DNA of 57,730 bases, counting the filler, from Sphacelaria rigidula (lineage: Eukaryota): assembly GCA_964200075.2 (NCBI GenBank). It is 5 parts of 5 records of this genome, joined end to end, with 100 filler letters (N's around TTAATTAATTAA, not from the genome) between each part and the next. Parts side by side here need not be neighbours in the genome. Positions count along the whole stretch, not along the records: positions 34,702 to 46,166 come from CAXNAA020004893.1; positions 46,267 to 57,730 come from CAXNAA020004894.1; 3 more parts are not named here. One strand, written 5' to 3'. The notes below the pieces were generated by a model. The model was not told the DNA's origin. It saw nothing but the letters and a program-made list of their open reading frames with translations, and searched no databases. Positions within the stretch are counted from its first letter, which is position 1; each line of letters starts with the position of its first letter. The translations under genes were made by a program, and so were the position numbers. Below, piece by piece: positions 37,608 to 47,639 of the stretch.

Positions 37608-38656
37608 TAGAGTTGTAAACTGGTTTGGCTCATCAGTTAACTGGTTGCAGGAAAATACAACCAATTACAGTTACCAGTCAAAACTGGAAAACTGGCGGCG
37701 AAGCCGCCTCGCGACTCCGCCAGCGTTGCTTGGTAAGGCAACGCGGCGGAGTCTCCAAAATGCCCCCCTCCCCCGGCTGGTAAGGAGGCGCCGCCGGAGG
37801 CAAGAAAATTACGTAATTTGGCTTCACATCTGTTTTCGAAATCGCGGTAAAATCTAGCTGCCTAGCGCCAGTAATTCGAGCACGTAGTCAGAGCACAAAA
37901 GTACATATGCATAGGGAAAAAAAAAGAAGTGTCACTGAACTTTGCGACGTGAACTAAAAAAACGAAGCGGTGAGACAGTAGTGCACCATACATAGCGTCT
38001 AGGTATATGCGGTGTGCGGTCATATCGTCGCCTTTGTAGCAGCATCCCCACGGTCATTGTAGTACGACAATACTTGGGGAATATTGATATAGGTATGACA
38101 CATACTTCCTCTGTCCCATGAGTAAAGGTACCTAAATTTGTACGGGCCCTTAACGATTCCCGATCTTTATGTTATTTTATGAACTCTACGGTATTTTTTT
38201 GGTCAAGAAAATGTGTTCAAAATTTGAAGCTTGTGCTTGAACCATGCCGCCGAACGGCTACAAAAAAAGTAGTTGGCCCAAAAAGTAGTCGGCCCAAAAA
38301 TGGCCGTATTTTGCCCCTTTCCAAGGGGAAAAAAAGTGTCGAAAGAGTACTTTTTTTGCAGCCGTTCGGGGGCATGGTTCGAGCATGAGCTGCAAATTTG
38401 AAACACATTTTCTTGACCCAAAAAACACCATAGAGTTTATAAAATAAAATAAACGATCGGACATCGTTAAGGGCCCGTACAAATTTAGGTACCTTTACTT
38501 ACGGGACAGAGGAAGTATTTACACAAAACGCTTTGGAGTATGACCCATATATTGGGTGAAATAACTGGTTCAACTGGTTACGAAACCGGTCAGTTAACCA
38601 GTTATACCAGTTAACTGCAACTGACCAGTTAAACTGGCAGTCACTTTACATCTCTA
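37608..38656. mobile_element. Non-autonomous hAT element, family 2, copy 2 (inverted relative to 12852-13992)
   Basis: Termini TAGAGTTGTAAA / TTTACATCTCTA. Flanks GCAATAAC / GTGATAAC (6/8, decayed TSD). Internal sequence is the diverged reverse complement of 12852-13100 and 13490-13992. Confidence 0.85.
38105..38515. mobile_element. Stowaway-like (Tc1/mariner) MITE nested in hAT copy 2
   Basis: TA-CTTCCTCTGTCCC...GGGACAGAGGAAG-TA, with TA duplicated at 38103-38104 and 38516-38517. Inverted arms of ~165 bp. Absent from the homologous position (~12985) of hAT copy 1. Confidence 0.9.
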
Positions 38657-39530
38657 GTGATAACCCTATCCCTAATCCCAACGGAACGCAGACCATTAAA
38701 ATCAGACACAGGGATATTCCAGTCACAGGGCACCGTGCCTGGAATATCCCTGTGTCCGGTGCCAGGAAAAGTAGTGCTGCTGGGGGCGACCGAAGTCAAG
38801 CGCCACAAGCGGACCCATCACCAAAACTGCGGGTCCAACAAAGCTGTGGACTGGCACGGATGGAAGTCGTGGTTCTCGAAAAGTATGTTCGGATTCGAAA
38901 ATAATACCGTGTTCAGGCCTTGATTATCGGACACAACTTCCAACTTTCGATTGTTCACCCATTTTCGAGGATGCTTTGATGACAAAAAACACGGAGCTGC
39001 AGGTGAAAAATCCACTTTTGTTCCAAACTGGACAAAAAAATGGGAAAAGCAATAAGCGTCCAAAAGCAGCAAGTTGATTAGTCGCTGCAACCATAGATCC
39101 GCCCGGCGATCAGTCAACATGCTGCTTTCGGACGCTTGTTTCTATTCCCGCTTTTTCTATCGGTGTCGATAAGACACGGCCTAACTCTTAACCCTTAGAC
39201 CGCGAAGTTAGTCTCCTGTTGAATCGGCATCAATTTCAAGTGAAGAAAAGGATGCATGATCCAGAAAGACTAATCTCGCGGTCTAAAGGTTAAACGACCA
39301 GCGTGGGTCATCTGTTGAATCGGCATCACTTTCACTCGAAAAAATAGTGCGTGAACCAGATGACCTACCCCGGTAGTCAAAGGGCTAACCTCGACAGCAA
39401 TCCCAACACGGTGTCGAAAATCGTGCCGGGTAGCGCCCTCCCCCCACCCCCTCCCCGCTCTGCCACACGCACACCGCACTTGTATTATACTCACACCGCA
39501 CTCGTATTCGCTCTGGGTTGAACAACTTAC

Positions 39531-40205
39531 CCAGTCCCGCATCGCGTGGCAAACAGCAATATTTATTCCAGCTCGTCGTCCGAAAAAACCCTCCGCCTTT
39601 CGAGTCGCCCACACCAGCGGATGCCGAGGGCCGCGCCCGAACATGGTGAAGCCGAGGTTATGCCAGTCGATGATCATCGTGCACCGGCGCACGTAGCACG
39701 CAAACCAGACACACGCCAGGCCTGGCAACGAAGGGGGATTTTGGACGACCATCGCGTCCGGCCTTGGCACCTTGACAATAAGCTCATAAAGGAGTCGTGT
39801 CATGAGGGCGACGGCCTTAGCGATCGCATACACTATGTACGCTGAGCGTTTCAGGCGGCGGTTAAGTCGGCCGTGGGAGAGGGGCGGATCGAAGCGGTGG
39901 AACGTCACTCGGTGGTTGTTCTCTATATCGCGTATGCAGCGCTCGCCCGTGTATCCGACCACGGTGACTTTCACCTTGTGTGCGGCTAGCGACATGGCAT
40001 GGTACTGCATCCGCGGACTTCGACCCACGTCACCGAGCACCACAATCGCTATACGCTGCGTGCTGCCCCGCTGCCGGTCACCCACGCGCAATCCCGTTGG
40101 CAGTGGGATTCGGACAGGTTGACCTTCTGTCATTGACGGTTGAGACGGCGCCTCACCCGGTGTCTGTCTTCTGTGGAGCGCGGGAGTGGAGGCCCTGGCG
40201 CCCAT
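39531..40205 (-). CDS. ALG1: ALG1 chitobiosyldiphosphodolichol beta-1,4-mannosyltransferase, first exon only (partial gene)
   Basis: Motifs IVVLGDVGRSPRMQYHAMSLA, VVQNPPSLP, IIDWHNLGFT and AVCHAMRDW are diagnostic of ALG1. ATG at 40205 and donor TGG|GTAAGT at 39530. Downstream exons were not found in the window. Confidence 0.9.
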
Positions 40206-41522
40206 CTTCGCAGCTGTGCTATTTTATGGGTTTAGGAACAATACCCAACAGTAACTACAGCACAGCGGTCGGCGCAAGTACCGTGCAGTTACCCAACGGA
40301 ACTCACAATACGGCAGTGCGGTTCGGTGCGGTGCTACCGGTCTGCGCGTCTGTCCTACTGTAGGTTAAATCAGTACAGTCGGTAGAGGTCGACACCGACT
40401 ACAGTATACGATCAGCAGGTGTCGGTGTAGCCTAACACGTACTATGTACAACAGCACAGTACAGATTTGCAGGAGCCGATGCCCAACCCGTATCTTATCT
40501 GTACCCGCCCTTAGAAGAGGCGATCCGTCTGTTGCGGTCGACAAGCTTTCCTTGCGGTCGGTTATACTCCTGGCTCGGCTGGTGACGGATGAAAAGTGGA
40601 GATGAGAAGCAAAACTGTGGGATGGTTCTCCCACGGTAGCATCAAGTATTCAGGATCGACTCTTCGCCATCAGTAACGAATCCTAAGGTGTTTTGATGTC
40701 CGTGAAACACTCAGCTGTGTGCCGCACTTCGGCTAAACAGCCGTCCTGCACTGTACAAGAGCTGTGAGGGCGACCGTCATTGGATTGCTTGGACAGCCGA
40801 TGTGCGGCCCGTTATATACCGGTTGGCGTTCGGAGATCACAGACGTGATACCAACGGAACAGTTGTGAACGTCGCGAAAAAACACAACCTTTCAAATCAA
40901 TTGCAGCAGCTAGCACTCTGGCGTAGCACAACAGCCACCATCACTACGGAGCGAAGAATCAGTCATCTCAACAAGAAGACGCTGCTTGATTTGCTTCTGT
41001 GGTGGTCGCTTTTGCCCAACTGAAAGGAGAGGACAGACGTCAGATTTTGCTGTTGTCATTTTCCGCTGATCGTCGCGCAGACGCGGCGCTGTGCGGCCGG
41101 GTGCGTGGGGGAGCGCTGGACGGGGTCATTAGCGTTGGACGGGGTCATTCATCCCAAAGTTGAGAGTTTCCTCACCCTGCCAACATATTCCCTACCAGCG
41201 TGTGTTACGAGCTACATGTAAGAATTGAACTATGTAGGTGGCCTTTTCTGCACAGCGCTACCACTGTCCTGTACTTACTGTACTCCAGCTGTACTGACCT
41301 GCTTGTCCTGCAGCGCTGCTGTACTACAGAAAATAGAACATGTACGCGAACGACTTTTGTACTGCCGTGCCGGTTTGAGACGACATAGCCTCAACATACC
41401 ACCAGCATAGAGGGTTTACGGCGCGGAACGGTCTGTGGTGAAGTTACAAACGACGGCTTTAGGGACACGGTTGGAGACGAAGGTGGGGGTGGAATTGATC
41501 GAAAATACGTCATCACGTAAAG

Positions 41523-44240
41523 ATGGCAAAAGGAACAGGAAAGGGCAAAAAAGACGGTAAGCCGTCGCCGAAAAGCGGGGCGCGTAAGCTAGCCACTGTC
41601 GCGTCGTCCAAGCCCAGCAAACATCGAGCAAGCAACAGCGGCAGAAGCAGTACTCCCAAAAGCGGGAGCAAGCTATCCTACAGAAAGGCGTCAAACACGG
41701 GCGCCGCTGCGGCTGGAGGAGGCCGGGAAGCTACGACAACGTTTCCTATAAAGGAAATTGGCAGTCACAGTGGCAGCAGTAGCAAGAACAAGGCGCTTGA
41801 CTCTTCGACAAAGGATGGTACTAACAAGAAGAGGAAAGATACTGGCAGCGGTAGCGGCGGCGGCGGTGGTACCAAGAAAAAAAAAACAAAGCTAGAGAAG
41901 CAGGCGGAAGCGGAGGAGGAGGAGGAGGAGGCTGAATTTGACGCCGAAGTGACCACCTCGACCAAGCCAGTCGCCACTAGCGCACCGTTAGTATCGGGTG
42001 TTGTCGATGGAAAGAAGAACGGGAAGAACGGTGGCGGTGCTGCTGCCAGTGGAACTAGCGGCAAGGATGGTGGTGGCAAGAAGGGTGCGGAGGTCGTGGA
42101 GGCCGCGGCCGCTGCAGGAACCGGGGCAGGAGGAGCTGCTGCGCCGCAGCAGCCCCCCGAACTGTTTAAGATGACCTGCACGTGTCCGCACCTATCGAGC
42201 CACCCCTTTAGGGCCGAGTTACTGAGGAAGCTCGTGGACGTTCGTTTCGAGGTGAAATAAAACAGCGATGAACCTTTTTGCCGTCGGACCCCGCAGGTGG
42301 ACCATAGAGGTACACCCGAAAAAGTACGAACAAACGTGGCTTTGCCCACACTTAAAAATGCTATATTACTTTAGTCAACGGGTTATTATTGGGAGTAAGT
42401 GGGTGATGCCGAAGTACCCTAAAACCAATTATCACAGATGGACACTCACTTGCTACTGGAATGGGCCAGATGAACACCCCGGCGGCACAGGTCGAATCCA
42501 GCTAAAGGTTCATAACGTACTTCCAAGATCACATTTGCCCAGCTTTCCCTACCCAGTGCTCGTGCAGCCCTGGGCTCGCGTGTGAGTGCTTGATGGCAGT
42601 GCTGTACAACGTAGACACGAGAAGATCAATGGCGGACCCCGCAGGTGAACATTCACATTATGTCGAGACAGTAAAGCACTCTGCAATGTACGGTGTTCCG
42701 AGTGGTAGATAACGGCTACATGGTGTGAGCTTCTTCCGCTGGACTGTGAGCCGAACATACTGTACCTAAACGAGGTCCGGGAGTCAACGTGTTGAGACGA
42801 CTTTTATTTCATTATGGGGGAGATGATGAACGAGGAGTTTACCTTGAGTTCACTTGACACCTTGGCCGAGACGAGCTGACCATTGCATCCATATGCTACT
42901 TAGCCGCCTCACTCCTCATCCAATTAAGGGGAGTTAGTCACCGGCTCTTGGACTGCTACTATGTGCTTCACTAGTCCACATACATTACAGCTGTTGTACA
43001 GTTGCAGTAGCATGTTGTTCCATCGTGCTCTCCATGACGGAATGTGTCGGTTGGCTGGTTTCGGGTACCTTGGGTGCAGAGTACTGTATATATCACAAGC
43101 ATTCAGTCATGGCATGTCACGCGCTGTCCTTCGTTGTATGCGTGCTTGGTGTAGCTCAGCCACCTTTTCGATATAACTCGCAAAACCCCCAGGTTCTGTG
43201 CGAAATTGTTTCGTTGCGTTGTACACAACGCCCGCATTTGTTTTTCTGCGGAGTGCTGTCTACCTTGCGTTGGTTTCAGGGTCGCTCAAAGGTAATGGAG
43301 GCGTAGATCTGTACCATGTCCTCTTTCTTCTGCTACGCGGTACGCGTCTCCCGCGGGAGTCTCCGGTGGGAACTTTGTTTTATACATTCGCTATATGTGT
43401 ACATTTTGTCACGAAATTTATGGATATGGATATGGATACATATATGAACACATTCCATCGTACGTTTAACTCCCCCCCCCCCTCCTCGGGATTAGTACGT
43501 AGTCTCGAGGAATCAACGACCAACGGATCTTTCTCTCCCCCCCCGGTGCTCCGTCTCGAAAGGGATGCGTGGTCAATGGTCAAACAACTAAGGCAAGCAA
43601 CAAATAAGTACGCCCCCGGTGCCAGCCTGGTCCTGCGAGAACCAGGCGTGCCCCGTCCGGGCTTTGTAGGGATGCGAGGTCAATGGTCTTACGACTACGG
43701 CATGCAAGATCATGAGTACCCCCCTCCCCCCCTGGTACTTGCCTGATATTTTGGTATATCAGGTTGGATCAGCACTCATCGATCCCCGCCGAATTTCCTT
43801 TGCCTCACGCTTCCAACCCCGTACACCAGATTTTGGTTATTTGAAAGAAAAACGTATCTATCGGATTTCGACCCCGTAAACCAGATTTTGATGGTGTGAA
43901 AAAAAAAATGTATTTGCCGGATTTCGAACCCTCAACCACTCGCGCCAAATGACCGTTAGTGTACAACTTGGACTACCGGGGCGAGGTGGCATGTAAGAGT
44001 TGAAACAACGACGCACGGAAGTAAATGTGCAGCAATGGGTTCCGAGCTGCACTCCCCTACCGACCCTGTAGTGCTACTCCTTGTGTTTGTGCCTCTTGGT
44101 GGCTCGCGACTCATTTTTGCTGCTCTGGTCGCTGTGAAATGTGTTGAAAGGTGAACACTGCGCTGATGGTGAAGCAACGAGACACGATCGGTGTTTTCGG
44201 CGCCATGGAAGGACAGGGAATGGGCTACGCTGGATCACAG
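41523..44240 (+). CDS. Unknown protein with long Lys/Gly/Ala/Glu-rich disordered N-terminus (partial)
   Basis: Exon 41523-42251 (243 codons, MAKGTGKGKK...TKKKKTK...EEEEEE...CTCPHLSSHPFRAELLRKLVDVRFE, donor GAG|GTGAAA). Probable phase-0 second exon 44151-44240 (VNTALMVKQRDTIGVFGAMEGQGMGYAGSQ, CAG|GTTAGC). Divergent from ALG1. No family recognised. Confidence 0.65.
43544..43720 (+). repeat. Poly(C)-associated repeat, body-less B-A-B' form
   Basis: GGTGCTCCGTCTCGAAAGGGATGCGTGGTC...AAGTACGCCCCCGGTGCCAGCCTGGTCCTGCGAGAACCAGGCGTG...GTAGGGATGCGAGGTCAATGGTCTTACGACTACGGCATGCAAGATCATGAGTAC, flanked by CTCCCCCCC on both sides. Confidence 0.85.
43900..43982 (-). repeat. tRNA-derived SINE-like remnant
   Basis: Reverse complement has an A-box-like TAGTCCAAGTTG and a B-box-like GGTTCGAAATCC followed by a T-run. 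No complete cloverleaf. A similar B-box remnant (GTTCGAATCCC + T-run) lies at 18360-18420 (-). Confidence 0.4.
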
Positions 44241-46166
44241 GTTAGCGCGCGTGTGTGTGTGTGTGTGTTGTGTTGTCATCCCATCTGTTCTGGACGCCGG
44301 TCTACACCTTTCGGTATATATATGTGGACACAACAGCCGGGGTCACACGGGAGGAAGGCCAACACAGAAGCTTTTTCTCTTTCTTTTGTTTCAGTAATCC
44401 ACCTTCTGCGGTGCTTGACTTTCATTTTTCATCGCGAGAGGGGTTCATCGGTCCCTTCCCCTCGTCGACCGCGAAGTCGAAATTTTACCGTGGTAACTAT
44501 TTTATTGTTACTACTACTGATACGCCAGCCTGGTTCTCGGACCCGTGGTTGCAGAGTAAATTGGAGACGCGGACACTGCAGCAGTAGCACATCGTGAAGA
44601 AACACGCACAAAGGAGGGGGGGGGGGGGGGGGGCCGGATTAAGAAGGAACGAAGTAAGAGGGAGGAGGACACAAAAAAAAAGGTCCNNNNNNNNNNCAGT
44701 GCACGGCCCATACTCAGGATGACCGGCCATACCCGGCTCAGCACAGCGTCGTGAACGCTCAGCAAAGGAGGGGGGGGGGGGGAGCCTGATTCATGATGAA
44801 CGAAATCAGAAGGAGCACGACACAAAAATAGATGTCCAGTTGAGGCATGGAAAACAAGAAACAGTCTACGATCACGTTTTAATCTCAAGCCCAAACTGCC
44901 AGCCTGAAAATTCCGAGAGCGGAGGGAAGAGAGGTTAGTCGGAAGGGTTTCAGTAGAGCAGGATTACACCGAAAGAGCACGGGCCGATTGCAAACGAGTG
45001 AGTCCTTCGCCACATGTTGGGGCTGGACCCAGCACATGTTTTCAATGGAACGCTGTGTATAGTATCACGATTTGCGTAAGGAGCTGAGGGGCTCATCCGG
45101 GTGTGGGTAAGGATAACATGCCACTACTTCGAGGTTGAGAAAAAGAGAAAGAAGAACGGGCTGGGGACTGTAGATAATTTCAACCAACACCACCCTTCTC
45201 CGCCGGAAGAGTTCGGGGTTGTGATCTATCCCTCTAGGGTTTTGCTTTTTATGCGCATTTTTTTTTCTTCTTGTGTTTCACAAGTGAATATTATGCGCCG
45301 ATCTATGCAAATTCTGGTGAAGTATGCGCGACTTGTGCGCCTTTTTTGCGTCGTTCTTGAGGTGGTTCCTGGCGGGTTCCTGGCGGCACCGCCCATGGAA
45401 TTTTGCAGCAAAAAAACAAGACGGCATGTTGAACTTTTCGAGATTTCACGACTGCTTGGAAAAAAGGCTCGCTCGTTTTGTCTCCGTTCATTGGTTTTGA
45501 AGGCCATAATAAAATAATAAAAAAACAAAATATGTATATAATGAAAATAAAGTCATGCGCGTTTCTCACGCCCTCTGCTCCTCAGCGGTCTCGTTCGCGT
45601 CGCGCTGTTGGGGCGCGGAAGTCCGCACCTCGGTCACCTCGACCCCTTTCTGCTCTGCCATAATAGTGTAGTGCTCACTGCTGTACTGCCAGTGCACTGT
45701 GCGCTGTACACTGTACAGTTGTGGATTGGACTGGTGTGTGACGTTGTGGCGGGAGCCGCTGTTTGATGTGAAAAATGACACACTTGATTTTCTATCAGTT
45801 TCACATGAACATAGAGTAGCTCACATACAGCACCGTAACCGATATCAGACCCGCAACAAAATTCAAAAAAAAAATTACGAACACAAACGCCACGACTCCA
45901 CGAACCACGCCACATGTAGCACCCGTGGGCATTCACTAGCTGCTGAACATGAGGTGCATAACCCCGTTGGAGTACTATATGCGCCAAGTTATGCGTATAA
46001 CTCAGCTCTCATGCCGTTGTTATTGTTATGCTGAAATCTCCAAAAACAGATGTTATATATTTGCATGAAGAGCAAAAGCCTATATCCCCCCCCCCGCCCC
46101 CACCCCCATCACCTCTAGACTCTTGGGTTGGCGTCGAGTGGCAACGGCGCTGTAAAACAAGCCACC

Positions 46167-46266
46167 NNNNNNNNNNNNNNNNNNNNNNNNNNNNNNNNNN
46201 NNNNNNNNNNTTAATTAATTAANNNNNNNNNNNNNNNNNNNNNNNNNNNNNNNNNNNNNNNNNNNN
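46167..46266. other. Assembly spacer (N44-TTAATTAATTAA-N44)
   Basis: Same 100-bp spacer. Confidence 0.97.
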
Positions 46267-47639
46267 GTAAGTGTGGGGAAAGCACTGCTTCAGGCTTGAA
46301 CCTCATCTCGGAGTTAAACCTCAATTAGCACAATTTGTTGTTTGAGGTTCTCTCGCACACGGCACACGTTTGCAAGTACAGCTGCTATGGTGAGTAAGCA
46401 CGGAGTTCTTTCAGAAAAGGAAAAACCAATAGCTAGATCGGGATTGTGGTACATGTAACTCACTTATTGAGTAACGGCTTGCAGACCAGAGGATGAGACG
46501 TCGCGCAGAGTAGATGAAAGCTGATGACCCTTTTTGTAATTAGTTCTACGAAAGCCTTTTTTTGACCGATTGGTTGCAGGTGAAGGAGGTGGGTAGCAGC
46601 AGCTGTGGTTCGCTGTTTCGCCAACACGTCCTCCTGCCTCGCTTACAACCTTGTCATAATACAAAACCAGCGTGACGCGCCATGCTGTAGCCAATCAAAG
46701 CGTCCGTAGGAACGAGCGTAGTTACACGGCCGAGGATGCGCAGATCAGTCTACAGGTTCCTCAGAACGAGCAGCGGTATCCCAAAACGCACCACTTGCAT
46801 ATCTACTTTGCAAGCACACATTCGACTAGAATCTTTTCATATCCGCCGGTCGTTTCTAGGGACCATCGGCAAATCCCAAAAAACTAGTTTATTTCACGCA
46901 CTCGGTCATTTACCATCAAAACGTGAGCATTGAAAAAACAAATTAACAGTACTCCGCCGGTGGGAGCTGAAATGCAACGTGCCTGTGTCATGTCTTTTGC
47001 GCACGAATTACACCCCGTGCCTTTCCTGACTTTCCATTAAAAAATAAAGTTAATTCAAAGGAAGAGCACGGCGCCTAAACTAGTCGCGGTGCTATCAACA
47101 ATTCTGAATTTCAAATATCAAAATTGAGGCTGGGCGGGGCCTGCAAACTACAAATCCGCTTTTGACTGGACCAACGTGAAACAGTGTCGACCTCAGTTGG
47201 TTCCTGTTGGGAAAAGATGTTCCCGTTTTTCAAAATCCCGTGCTTATTCAAGACAAAGTAGAATCTAAAAGTTTGTGCGAACCCTCTGTGTACATTTTTT
47301 TCACTTTCAACGTGCAGTTCATCACAATGATTTTTTATCCGTTCGAATCAAAATTGGCCGTTAAAAACTGTCGATTTCTGTATCGAGTTGAATTGAACTT
47401 CCAAATGTTGACAAGCACGTTTTTTCATAGCTAAAAAATCAATCGTAGGTTCCGTTCCACATTTGTAATAAAAACAAGCACGATGACCTAGAAATGTATA
47501 CCTTCTCGTATGTTCGCCCAAGAAAGGTATACAATTATTTTTTCGTGAAATTGAGAGTTGAAGATCCAAATGAGAGCGAGAAAGTTTATCCGGACCACGC
47601 TAACGGGGGGCTTTTGAATTGTTGCACGACACTTTGGGT

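Noticed and set aside
39270-39530. C-terminal part of the 311-aa ORF as ALG1 coding sequence
   Set aside because: ALG1 similarity ends at the GTAAGT donor at 39530; the rest is intron read-through.
41765-42349. 194-aa minus-strand ORF
   Set aside because: Antisense shadow of the low-complexity + strand exon 41523-42251.
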